64,000 bases of DNA from a virus (taxonomy: Duplodnaviria; Heunggongvirae; Uroviricota; Caudoviricetes): positions 23,323 through 87,322 of the IMG/VR virus record IMGVR_UViG_650377940_000003, one strand, 5' to 3'. How positions within the stretch are numbered: the stretch's first letter is position 1; every line of letters starts with the position of its first letter. The notes under the pieces were generated by a model. It made no database searches, was not told the DNA's origin, and was given only the letters and a program-made list of their open reading frames with translations. Below, in pieces: positions 18,508 through 28,282 of the stretch. The translations under genes were made by a program, and so were the position numbers.

Positions 18508-20094
18508 CCAAAATTTTTAAGAAAAATGTTTATCTAAAATATTTTCCACATTATCAAAATCCGTGTAGGGAATTCTGATAAGTTTTATTCCGTTATTTTT
18601 ACAATAACTTGTTTTCAAAGAATCTTTCTTTTGCTGATTTTTATATGTAGCAATAGAATCAGACTCGGTTATACTTTTACAAAACCTAACTGGTATAAAA
18701 TGTTGCTGTCCATCATATTCAATGCAAGTATTTTGCGACGGAATATAAAAATCAAAAGGAAGCTGTCTCTCGTTTTTGCAATCTTTAAAGCGATATTCGC
18801 GAATATATGCAATTCCTTTTTTGTCAAGATATTCACATATCTTTTCTTCACCATGTGAGGACCAACACTTAGGACACCCGTGCCCACCGAGTATTGAGTT
18901 GACTGCGGTGTTCCATTCGTAACCGCACTTCTTGCAACGAAAGTTGGCGTGAGATAAAATAGTTTTATACCCGTTCAAATACTCTACACTTGGAGAAGAT
19001 TCCTTTATTCGTTCAATTATTTCAGACTCCATAATATGTGCTTTACCTGCACATTTTGGACAGCCGGAATTTTTATTATTAAGTATCGTATCAGGAATTG
19101 CGGTCCAATGGTAACCGCAAACATCACATGCAAAATCCACTTTCACAGCAACACGGACATATTTTGAAAGAACATGAATAGTAGGAAATCGTTCACGCAT
19201 TTCTTTTAAGAATTCATCTTCCGTTCGTCTGTTTGCAATCCGTCGATAACATTCTGGACACCCATGTCCATCAAGCAATGTATGAGGTATGCCATTCCAC
19301 TCATGCCCATCAAGTTTACAACGACAATGCACTCTCGAATTGTTTGTTGTGTATTCAGATAACAACTCAATATTAGGATTTACTTCAAACAGCTCCGTGG
19401 AAAATTGTATTGGCGACTTTCTTTTTTCTGCTCCACGCTTAGAGGCAACACATGCTTGACACCCACGATTATCAAGCAACATTCTTGCCTGTACTTCACG
19501 TACATCACCGCATACTTTACATTTCCTGGTAATCTTTTTTCGAAGACCATTATATTCGGATAAAATTTCAAAATTTGGGTTTACATCAAACACTTCTTTT
19601 TTGAAGTCTTCTGTCGTTCTCATTGGTGTCATCCATGCTACCTCCTTTCTTGCAAAATAAAAGCCAGACATTCTACACAACATCTGGTCAAATTAAATAT
19701 TAGATAAACATTATATCGGACGCTACTCCGTTCTTGTTGCATCTAGCAACCTCGTACTCTCATACGAGTGAAGACTATATCTTCACCCAGTAAAAACACT
19801 GGGGCACACTACTTTGGATGCCAAACACTTGCATCCTAACCGCTCCCACGCGGATAGTCGTTGAACCTTTTCCTTTTCGGAACTTGGCTGCTGATTGCCC
19901 ATTATTTCAGCGTTTAGGATTTAACCTTGCGCCATCTACAATTTTCTTTCTACTTTCGTAACCGTCCATCTAGGCATATTTCATCCTTCTGCTTTGGTAA
20001 TTGTAGTTTTAGGGTTTTCCAGCAATTCAATGTGTATTTGTTATCGTGACTTACATCACGACTGGACTATATTACGTAAATTTACATAAATTTA
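18508..20094 (-). ncRNA. Group I intron in major capsid gene (1587 nt) with endonuclease ORF
   Basis: P AAUUGCUGGAAAACCC (~20012-20027), Q AAUCAGCAGCC (~19886-19896), R UUCAACGACUA (~19856-19866), S AAGAUAUAGUC (19773-19783). U before the 5' site; terminal G at 18508; in-frame join GAT|AAA. Confidence 0.92.
18517..19632 (-). CDS. Intron-encoded homing endonuclease (Zn-ribbon repeats plus EDxHD/vsr-like PD-(D/E)XK domain)
   Basis: Repeated CxxC...GCPxC units; C-terminal FDFYIPSQNTCIEYDGQQH; likely ATG at 19632 after AGGAGG. Confidence 0.85.
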   Translation of the reverse strand: MTPMRTTEDFKKEVFDVNPNFEILSEYNGLRKKITRKCKVCGDVREVQARMLLDNRGCQACVASKRGAEKRKSPIQFSTELFEVNPNIELLSEYTTNNSRVHCRCKLDGHEWNGIPHTLLDGHGCPECYRRIANRRTEDEFLKEMRERFPTIHVLSKYVRVAVKVDFACDVCGYHWTAIPDTILNNKNSGCPKCAGKAHIMESEIIERIKESSPSVEYLNGYKTILSHANFRCKKCGYEWNTAVNSILGGHGCPKCWSSHGEEKICEYLDKKGIAYIREYRFKDCKNERQLPFDFYIPSQNTCIEYDGQQHFIPVRFCKSITESDSIATYKNQQKKDSLKTSYCKNNGIKLIRIPYTDFDNVENILDKHFS

Positions 20095-20916
20095 ATCCGG
20101 GATCAGCAGAGAACCATCACCCAGCTTCTTGGCAGAGCTAATACCAGTGATAGCAACACCATCGTAAGTCTTAACCAGACCATAACGGTTAAACTCATCC
20201 TTAGCTGCGTCAGACAGATACTCAGCGTAACCGGTCATACGACGCATCTTAGCACAATACTTCATCAGGCTGACAGTGAAGGGATTACCACCATCTGCGT
20301 ACTCATTCAGATATAGAGCCAGAGCGTCCATATCCTGCATAGTGGGCTCCTTACCCTGTACATCAATCTTCTGCTCACCACCAGTGATAGCGTCATCAAC
20401 CATACTGAAGATGTCATAGAACATCTGGTTCTTCAGAGCCTCAGTCATAAAGGTGGTCAGAGTTGCCACACTCTTCCAAGCATTACGTCTTACTTCCACA
20501 TAGCTAAGATCAGCCTCGATCTGCTTATTACGCCAGACGGGCTTAATGGTCTCGTAGTGCAGGTAAGACTTCGGCACGTTGCCGCCCTTAGCTGCATCAT
20601 AAGCTTTCAGAGTGTTCTTAACAGTACGACCTGCCTCGTAGTCATCAAACTCACCAACATTACCACGTTCAAACATGGAGTCCAGCAGCTCATCAGGTGC
20701 ACCATACAGCTCATCAGTCACAGTGCGGTTAACAAACTGAGCAATCTCCTTGTTGGGGTCGCCCTTATCAATCAGCTCCTCAACATGAGCGCCAACAACC
20801 TCAGCAATTTCCTTGTCCTCGGCATCCATAGCGCGATTGTACTGAGTCTTCTCAGCAACTTCATAAACACGACCAGGCTGCTTCATCAGCTCGGCCACTT
20901 CAATATCCAGTGCCAT
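20095..20916 (-). CDS. Major capsid protein, exon 1
   Basis: 274 codons ending ...GDGSLLIPD at GAU|; follows the scaffold and decoration genes; HK97-like size once spliced (331 aa). Confidence 0.85.
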
Positions 20917-21012
20917 AATTCATTTCCTTTCTCTTCGCGCAAAATAAAAGAGCTACCGCCAAAAAACGATAGCCTTAAATTTCACGTATCATATTCAAGA
21001 TTTTTCTCTTAA

Positions 21013-21510
21013 TCAAGCAACAGTCTTTGCCTCGGGCAGCACACTGATCATAATCAGCTTGTGGCCGTTGTCGTCCATCACACCAGCAAACTCAAAACGA
21101 GAAGCACCAGTAGTAGCAACCTGCCACTTACCGTCAGTGTTGACCTCCAGCAGCTTGCCAATATTGGTATCCTGTGCATCATCAGCCTTATACTGGTCGG
21201 TGCCGTACAGCTCGCCAGCATACAGAGGAACGCGCTTCACCAGCACACCTGCCTTAATCTCGGTGACCATCTTGTCATAGTCATCAAAATTAGTCTGGCT
21301 TGCATAGATGCCCTCCGGGATAAACTCATGGGCAACCATCTCGATGCCCTCGGCGGTAGCTGCGTCAGGGAACTTAACCTGACCAGCCTTGTGGTCAACC
21401 TGAACACCCATACCTGTGACCATATCGACCTTTGCGGCATAGTTAGCGGGAATATTCTTCGCGCCGTTCACCATCAGTTCACGAATCATAATATTTTTCC
21501 TTTCTCTCAA
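21013..21510 (-). CDS. Capsid decoration / accessory head protein
   Basis: 165 aa between scaffold and capsid; late codon bias. Confidence 0.6.
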   Translation of the reverse strand: MRERKNIMIRELMVNGAKNIPANYAAKVDMVTGMGVQVDHKAGQVKFPDAATAEGIEMVAHEFIPEGIYASQTNFDDYDKMVTEIKAGVLVKRVPLYAGELYGTDQYKADDAQDTNIGKLLEVNTDGKWQVATTGASRFEFAGVMDDNGHKLIMISVLPEAKTVA

Positions 21511-21516
21511 ATGTTA

Positions 21517-23088
21517 TTACTTACCCAAATATTCCCGCCATGCGTCACGCTTGTTAGCGTTAGTGGTGTTATACTTGGTTTCATTCAAATTCAACTTGAT
21601 ACTCTCAGGCTTATGTACCTCAGAGGTCTCAATCTTCTTTTCAGTAGGAGCCTTCTTGGCGGCTTCAACGCAACGCTCAGCAATCACACTCTTGATGCCG
21701 GTCTCGTCCAGATTCTCAATCAGACTTGCGTAATTGCCACCCTCAGAAACTTCAGCTTCAGTAATCATCTTGCTGGAGATTGCGTACTGACGCAGATCCT
21801 CCTTCTTCTGTGCAAGCTCTGCAGCCGCCTTTTCTGCTTCTGCCTTCTCAGCCTGATCCTTATATGGAGCCAAAGAAGCAACCTCTTCCTTTGCACTCTG
21901 CAATTCAGTATTCAAACTTGCAATAGTGCTATTCAGCTCCGCAATCTTAGTGTTGACCTGAGAAATAGAAACAACCAGAGTGATATTTTGCGGCTCGCCC
22001 AGAGAAACCTCATTACCCTCAACGGTGTAAGGGAACATAATGTAATCAAGGTCATTGATAGGACCATACTTCTTACACCAAATAGTGTGATCTTCTGGGA
22101 ACATCTCGACCAGATACATATCAGAATTAAACTTCACAACAGCCTCATTCAGCTTCTCGTACAGGTCATGACCGGTCAAACTGGAAGTCTCAGTGGTAGA
22201 CTCCGGCTCTGGCTCACCAGCAGGCTCAGTACCGGTTTCAGGCTCAGTCGGGGGAGGGGTTTCACCGCCTTCCTCGGAAGTCTGAACATTAGGCTCTGCC
22301 GGAGTGGTGGGCTCGGTGGTAGACTCAGTAACGGTCTGCTCTGCCTGCTCAGTCTCGGTTGGATTCTCAACCTGTGCGGTCTGAGTCTCCTTGTCCTTAT
22401 TCAGTTTCAAATTTTTTGCCTCCTTTTCATTAGATTCTATATTTGAAATCTCTTTTGTATCCTCGATATAGGCATTTGCCAATTCAAGGCCAAAATCGGT
22501 TTCAGCGACTTCAAGCAGTTTAGAGCACTTATATGCTGGTTCAACATTTGCACCAAGCAAGCAATGTGCAGTAAACACGCCATCGTCAATAATTTTTGCC
22601 ATGCGGCCACCAACGATTCCCTTATGAGCTTTCAGCACATCAATTTCCCAACTGGTGTTTAATGTGCCGCTCTCAATACGGCGCAGAATCGTCGCACAAG
22701 CCTTTGGATATCGCTTCCAGATCTTACAAGAGGCAACAATAAAGTCGGTATCGTCAATTTTCTCGATACCGACCGACTGAAAACTACCGAACGCATCAGT
22801 GTCAAATTCGGCAGTCTTATATTCATTGCCATCATCGTCTTTTCTGGTGACGACTTTCATATTGTGACCGGAAAAATCCAGTTCACCCTTTGGAGCTACG
22901 ACCAACTTACCAACAAGCGGGTTGCCAACCAGTGTGCTCATCCAACTTTCAATGGTGTCACGGTTCAAAGCAACCTGATTCCCATTTACTGAGAAGTCAC
23001 AGATGACAAACTTGGCAAGATAGTGGTCTGGATGCTCCGTAATCTCAGAGCAACAGATATTTCTACTATAGAAATACTCCTTACTCAT
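21517..23088 (-). CDS. Prohead protease-scaffold protein
   Basis: N-terminal protease-like domain (SWEI...FTAHCLLG..PA), P/T/E-rich linker, coiled-coil C-terminus. Confidence 0.75.
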   Translation of the reverse strand: MSKEYFYSRNICCSEITEHPDHYLAKFVICDFSVNGNQVALNRDTIESWMSTLVGNPLVGKLVVAPKGELDFSGHNMKVVTRKDDDGNEYKTAEFDTDAFGSFQSVGIEKIDDTDFIVASCKIWKRYPKACATILRRIESGTLNTSWEIDVLKAHKGIVGGRMAKIIDDGVFTAHCLLGANVEPAYKCSKLLEVAETDFGLELANAYIEDTKEISNIESNEKEAKNLKLNKDKETQTAQVENPTETEQAEQTVTESTTEPTTPAEPNVQTSEEGGETPPPTEPETGTEPAGEPEPESTTETSSLTGHDLYEKLNEAVVKFNSDMYLVEMFPEDHTIWCKKYGPINDLDYIMFPYTVEGNEVSLGEPQNITLVVSISQVNTKIAELNSTIASLNTELQSAKEEVASLAPYKDQAEKAEAEKAAAELAQKKEDLRQYAISSKMITEAEVSEGGNYASLIENLDETGIKSVIAERCVEAAKKAPTEKKIETSEVHKPESIKLNLNETKYNTTNANKRDAWREYLGK

Positions 23089-23099
23089 CGTTCATCACC

Positions 23100-24725
23100 T
23101 CACTTACTATCTTCATTTCTCTGCTGGTCATAAATTTGTTTTTCAGTTTCCTCGCCCTTTGGACGGCCTGTTTTTTTATCACTGTCACCACCGCCGGAAC
23201 TACCGGTCGATGTATAAGAGGTCTGGCGAGCCACAAACACATCGTCATAACCTTCTTCGGTTTCGGCCTGACGCTTGCGTAGTTCGTCCTCGGCATGAAG
23301 TCCCATATACTCGTAAGCAGTCTTGTAAGAACAGTTCAAAGTGGTAAACAGGAACTGAGCAATCGCCTTCTTCATCTCCATACCCATCATTTCAGTAGTA
23401 GAGACCTTCACATCAGGGCAGTACATTGGGTCTACACCTGCGTCTTCAAGGCGAATACGATACCAGCGTTTTAATACATCTTCAATCTGCTCTGCAATCT
23501 TACCAATATTTTTCATCAACTGGTCAAGAGACACTTTTGCAGTTGAAACAGTCTGCTGACCATCAGTATTCAAGAAACTAATACCCAAAGCAGCCATCTC
23601 TCTGTTGCGATACTGCTTGACAGTCTCGATATTTGTCATCTCGACCTTCGGCTCAACATACTTAATATCCTTGACATAGGGAGCGGTCGTTACAAGTACG
23701 GTATTTTGCTTCCATGCACGCAACAGGTTGTCATGTGCTGTCACCTGTTCAGAGAAACCCTTCTTGTCGTTGTTTGGTCCCATCAACGCAGGATCAAGTT
23801 GCTGCCAGATTATTTTCTTAGCCTTTGCCTTAGCGTTCACACGGTCTGAAGTATCAAAGGTCTCAAGCATCAATGCCGGACGTAAGGCGCGGAACAGGGG
23901 AGAAACACCATATTTTTGCCCCATATTGCCAATACGAATTACGCCACAATGGTCAACATCCAATTTTGCATATGTATCACCATTCTTAAACGCCTGATAC
24001 ACCTCGTCTGGATAGTTGCTCTGAATCTCGGTCTCCTGATTTTCAAAGAATAGTGCTTTATTCTTCTTATCCTTCAGCATAGATTTGCTCAAAGCGGATT
24101 TCAGCTTAGACATATTAATAAGCACAACAGGCTGTCCATTTGATAAGTAATCACTTATCTCAGCAATACCAAGAGGGTAGTAGTCTACAATGTAGTTCTC
24201 ATCCTTCTGACGCAGATATGTAATGTAAGTGCCCTCTGCATAAGTCATCGGAATGGCGGCACGAAGCAGACTTCGCACATTGATTTGTGTATTGAAGTCA
24301 TCAATCACTTCACGGGCATAATTTACCTGTTTTGTCTTATTACGCTGCTCGGGGAACTGCGCGAAACTGCATTTGAACTCCGTATTAACATTCGCCTCAA
24401 TCGCATCATAAGTAATGCCAATCAGGTCATCCTTATTGATGTAATTACGGATGATGCCATTGACCGTCTGCACATTCGTCAGGCTTGACTGTAACCCTCG
24501 TGCAAGTTCATCAATTCTGTCAACCGTCAGCGTTTCAGAGGAGGCTGAAATTTTCAGGTATGTACTATATTGCTTATTTTCAGGATCATAGGATGCGATA
24601 GCATGGCGGATAACATTGTCCATTCTTTCTTCTGAAAGCTCGTTTACAGATGTAAGCACAACAGTACCATCATCTGTCTGTGAAGCAGTCACGACATCAA
24701 AATCTTCCTTTTTCTTTCTTGCCAC
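23100..24725 (-). CDS. Portal protein
   Basis: 541 aa directly after the terminase; KYGVSPLFRAL; C-terminal GRPK motif. Confidence 0.75.
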   Translation of the reverse strand: MARKKKEDFDVVTASQTDDGTVVLTSVNELSEERMDNVIRHAIASYDPENKQYSTYLKISASSETLTVDRIDELARGLQSSLTNVQTVNGIIRNYINKDDLIGITYDAIEANVNTEFKCSFAQFPEQRNKTKQVNYAREVIDDFNTQINVRSLLRAAIPMTYAEGTYITYLRQKDENYIVDYYPLGIAEISDYLSNGQPVVLINMSKLKSALSKSMLKDKKNKALFFENQETEIQSNYPDEVYQAFKNGDTYAKLDVDHCGVIRIGNMGQKYGVSPLFRALRPALMLETFDTSDRVNAKAKAKKIIWQQLDPALMGPNNDKKGFSEQVTAHDNLLRAWKQNTVLVTTAPYVKDIKYVEPKVEMTNIETVKQYRNREMAALGISFLNTDGQQTVSTAKVSLDQLMKNIGKIAEQIEDVLKRWYRIRLEDAGVDPMYCPDVKVSTTEMMGMEMKKAIAQFLFTTLNCSYKTAYEYMGLHAEDELRKRQAETEEGYDDVFVARQTSYTSTGSSGGGDSDKKTGRPKGEETEKQIYDQQRNEDSK

Positions 24726-24742
24726 ATTTTCACCTCCTCTGC

Positions 24743-26077
24743 TTAGAAGTCAATGTTAGAAATACAAATCGGCGGAGCAGTCATTGTCTCCACCGCAGAC
24801 TGACGCACTTTATCTTTACGACGTAATTCGTATAGACGATGAGCAAGCAAAATCGCAACGTAGAACCTATCATCGTGAATTTTATTGGCAACATCGGGTG
24901 CCAAAGCATATGTTACGGTCGTATTTTCAGAGTTTGTTGTTTTCTGAATACTTGTAATCTCGTTCTTCATCAAGTCGATATTAACCCACGCAGTCTGTTC
25001 CTCTAAGGAGAGTTCATGCGTCTTCAAAATTTCTTGACCAGTTGATTTGTCCACACCATCCACTACCTGAACGTAATCTCCGCCGTTATATTCAAGAGGA
25101 AAGTGAATGACGCCAAGATTCATCAGCTCAATAAATTCCTCAACCATTGCAGTACGGAATTTACGAGGACTAATTAGACGTAGCTTATCAACAGCATCTG
25201 GGTAACGGGCATCATATCCTTCATATAATTCATGATTTGCGTCGATAAAACCACGATGTTCTACGCCTGTTTTATCAGTCCAATTGTTAAGCAAACCGTC
25301 CGCATATGTGGAAGTACCACCGCCGCCAGCGCCTTGGTCAATCATCAATCTATCAATGTACTCGTAATCAGGATTTTGACCATTGTAATGTAGAATCAAC
25401 TCATGCAACTGCTCAAGCTGACGATTAGAATCGAGCTTGAATTTTTTCTCATTCGCAAGGTCAACCATGTTCACGCAATTTATAATGTCGCCACACATGC
25501 CATTTTCTGGATCGTTATAAATACGCATAACGCCAACAATAGAATTATCCATTGTGCGGGCAGGATCAAACGCAAGAATATACTGATAGTTCTTATCCCA
25601 ATAAAGCTGTGGGATATACTTTCGCTCATTGCGACGAACCGTACCCCATTTGATGATCTGGTTTACGCCACCGTCACGGCTTGGGCGATTATAATATTCA
25701 CGCAACGCCTTCATTTTATTTGACTTTAGAGCCGCATCTACCTTGTCTTGCGTCAATAGTGCTTTATATGGCTTACCCTTCATATAAACTTTGATTGCAA
25801 CGTCACAAATCATATCACAAACAAAATAATCTCGATCTCCTGCAATCATGCGCTTTGCAAATTGCTTGTAGTATTTATAAAAAAGCTTGTCCATCGTGTC
25901 CTGACTTGAAGCATAAACTAGCTGAGTAGGAACCTGACGAGGCTGCATTTCGGGATTATAGTCAGTGTCAGTGTCAGTGACGAAATCCGTATTCTGTGTT
26001 GCAAAAGCTTCACAGACAACAATCAGTTCGTCTGAGCAGAATGCCGCCTCATCAAAAAACACAAGTGTAGCACGTCT
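24743..26077 (-). CDS. Terminase large subunit, exon 3 (spliced protein ~616 aa)
   Basis: Walker B LVFFDEAAF; nuclease-domain motifs LAFDPARTMDNS and HDDRFY. Confidence 0.9.
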   Translation of the reverse strand, partial: RRATLVFFDEAAFCSDELIVVCEAFATQNTDFVTDTDTDYNPEMQPRQVPTQLVYASSQDTMDKLFYKYYKQFAKRMIAGDRDYFVCDMICDVAIKVYMKGKPYKALLTQDKVDAALKSNKMKALREYYNRPSRDGGVNQIIKWGTVRRNERKYIPQLYWDKNYQYILAFDPARTMDNSIVGVMRIYNDPENGMCGDIINCVNMVDLANEKKFKLDSNRQLEQLHELILHYNGQNPDYEYIDRLMIDQGAGGGGTSTYADGLLNNWTDKTGVEHRGFIDANHELYEGYDARYPDAVDKLRLISPRKFRTAMVEEFIELMNLGVIHFPLEYNGGDYVQVVDGVDKSTGQEILKTHELSLEEQTAWVNIDLMKNEITSIQKTTNSENTTVTYALAPDVANKIHDDRFYVAILLAHRLYELRRKDKVRQSAVETMTAPPICISNIDF

Positions 26078-27371
26078 CATATGTTATCGTTTGGGCTTTT
26101 TATCCCAAACTTCTTACGATTATTATTTTCGTAAGGTCGGCATATCTTTTCACCTTCAGTTTTACCTGTTAAGGGGCGAGGACTCGTGGAGAGATTATAT
26201 TCTATTGCTAGTTTCACTCTCTATGCTCTGCGTGTGACTATATTTTTAAATATAGCCTTCCACTCTGATTAGCTTCTCAGCCTTCCAGTATTCTTCCTCA
26301 CTTAATAAATTAACCTGCCATTTCTGACAGGCGAAGCAAACGTTGTGCTAAATTGTATTCTTCATACAAGCGGTTCTTCTTTTCTAACTTCCTATCAAGA
26401 TAAATTGTTGCATCTTCAAACATATAGTTCCACATACGATCTGCGTTTTGAACGCCACGGATATACAATCTATATGTGCTTCTTCCTTTTTCATCTGTTA
26501 TATACGAACAAATTCCAGCATTATATAATATCGTTCTCATTTGTTCCAACATTTTTAAACTGGCGGAACAAAAATTGATAGCAATGGTTTTCTTTGTTGA
26601 ACTATCAGTACAAATGCAACCATCTCCATCAAAAAAGCCCCTGATAAAATGATGCATTAAATTAGCATCAATATCAGGGACTTCGATAATGAATGTTTTA
26701 TTTTGTACACATCCATGCGACTCTAAATCATGAACCATTTCTTTTGAGTAGCATCGGATATTACACGATTCTTGTGGTTTTCCATTAAAAGAACATATTC
26801 TGGTTTCAAACGTTACTTGAAGATTTCCGTTGATGGATTTATTGAACTTCTTTAAATGTTTGTAATCTCCTTTATAAAGTTTTATTCCAGCTTCATAATT
26901 CCTTGAATAAGAATTTGAACTATCTAAAACGAAACCATCTGCATAGAAAAAACCAAGCCAATAAGCTTTTTCTTCTGTGTCAATATTTTTAAAAAATCTA
27001 AAATCAAACACATTTTTTCTTTCCGTGATTCCAAGCTTACTTGCCTTGAGTTGTATCGCATTTCGATTTCGTCCAGGAAGAATCTCCATAAGTTCTTTAA
27101 AAGAATGTGTTGAATAGTTTTCTTTTAATTTTTGAATTTCTTCTTCTGACCATCTCTCGTCTTTACTTACGCCCATTTCATGAGCTTTAAATATAACACT
27201 TTTTCTTGTGCGTTCAAGATGATTTGCTATTTCTTGCGGAGACAAAATATAATAGTTGTCTTTTAAATATAGCTCTTCTTCTTTTGTCCATCTTTTCATA
27301 AAATACCTCTTTGATTATTGTCCCGTTCATCAATGATTTATTTAGAACAATAATACGTAATTAAAAAATTT
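26078..27371 (-). ncRNA. Group I intron 2 of terminase (1294 nt) with endonuclease in L1
   Basis: P1 GAAGU|AAA pairs with UUUGCUUC (26340-26333) across the ORF; P10 AGACGU/ACGUUU; P2 CCUGUCA-GAAA-UGGCAGG; P7 GCAUA/UAUGC; terminal G at 26078; in-frame join AGT|AGA. Confidence 0.88.
26310..27299 (-). CDS. Intron-encoded LAGLIDADG homing endonuclease with N-terminal HTH/Myb-like repeats
   Basis: YWLGFFYADG and FIRGFFDGDG motifs; RWTKEEELYLKDNY / RWSEEEIQKLKENY repeats. Confidence 0.9.
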   Translation of the reverse strand: MKRWTKEEELYLKDNYYILSPQEIANHLERTRKSVIFKAHEMGVSKDERWSEEEIQKLKENYSTHSFKELMEILPGRNRNAIQLKASKLGITERKNVFDFRFFKNIDTEEKAYWLGFFYADGFVLDSSNSYSRNYEAGIKLYKGDYKHLKKFNKSINGNLQVTFETRICSFNGKPQESCNIRCYSKEMVHDLESHGCVQNKTFIIEVPDIDANLMHHFIRGFFDGDGCICTDSSTKKTIAINFCSASLKMLEQMRTILYNAGICSYITDEKGRSTYRLYIRGVQNADRMWNYMFEDATIYLDRKLEKKNRLYEEYNLAQRLLRLSEMAG

Positions 27372-27580
27372 ACTTCTGTTAGAATCCGGGTTTGAGTTCA
27401 ATGTGTTAATAGAACTACCGTTGTAAAATTCGACAACATACCCGGCGGGATTATGACTAAAACCACTCTTGTTAGTTGCAGACTTTTTGGTTTCCTTTTC
27501 TGCAATATCTTGCAGACTACGAATAGAAGCTGCTGTCTTGCCAACACGAGTGACAATTTCTTCGATTTTATTAAAAGTTT
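27372..27580 (-). CDS. Terminase large subunit, exon 2
   Basis: (E/V)TFNKIEEIVTRVGK...VEFYNGSSINTLNSNPDSNRS; different frame from track ORF 27398..27703. Confidence 0.82.
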
Positions 27581-27975
27581 CTGAATGTATTTAATGCACA
27601 TCGCAACTGTACATTGCCGTATAAACGACCACACAATTTCTTGTCGTGAATAGACTATTTCATCATCCAAATATAATTTGGAGCTTGATTTTTCCTCCGC
27701 CATAAGCTTGCGGTTTTACTCTCCCACAAGGAGATAGTCGTTGAACCTCACCCTGTCATATAGACGTTACGGGCAGTGGCTGCATGAACATGGATTGTTG
27801 CGAGCTTTAGCACGTCATAAGACGATTTTATTTCAGCATAACTCATCTCTACGTTTTTTCTGCTTTCGCACATTTACGTTTACCGTTTCCGGTTCCGCTT
27901 TAGTGTAGAGCTTTACCAATTACCTGCAATTAACCAAGAAGCACACACACATCTCTGTATATGTGAGGCAACTTA
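27581..27975 (-). ncRNA. Group I intron 1 of terminase (395 nt, ORF-less; junction non-canonical)
   Basis: P-like AAUUGCAGGUAA, Q UUCAUGCAGCC, R UUCAACGACUA (~27735-27745), S GAUGAAAUAGUC (~27653-27664), P7 GACUA/UAGUC. Confidence 0.8.
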
Positions 27976-28282
27976 CCTTACTCTGATCACCAACGCTACT
28001 TACAATATAAATAGCTTGATTCTCATATAGGATAGCCTTTAGTAGAATGAAAACAGAACCTACAAAAGACTTACCAAAGTTTCGACTACACGCCCAAAGA
28101 ACATGACTTGCATTCCAGCTTTGCTCCAGCATGTATGCCTGTGCATCGAATAGTTGGATGCCCAACAAATCTCTGGCAGCAATAACAGGATTCCGACGAT
28201 AGAATGCAATCGTTGCCGCATCACACTCGTAAATCTTACGTTTTACGGCTGTGATAATAGGCGCTCTTTGCTTCATTCTCAT
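27976..28282 (-). CDS. Terminase large subunit, exon 1
   Basis: Walker A-like CSRNFGKS; ends ...VGDQSK; boundary uncertain by 1 nt (27976 or 27975). Confidence 0.85.

Noticed and set aside
24743-26080. Standalone 445-aa ORF starting MRRATL
   Set aside because: The ATG's G is the intron's terminal G; there is no RBS and the ATPase Walker A lies in exon 1.
27398-27703. Track ORF of 101 aa
   Set aside because: It starts inside the intron core and is out of frame with the true terminase exon 2.
27581-27976. Perfect spliceosomal-looking AAG|GTAAGT...TTCAG| boundaries at terminase intron 1
   Set aside because: Phage context, a clear group I core, and that join enters the wrong frame (KKLLIK..., stopping at 27398).
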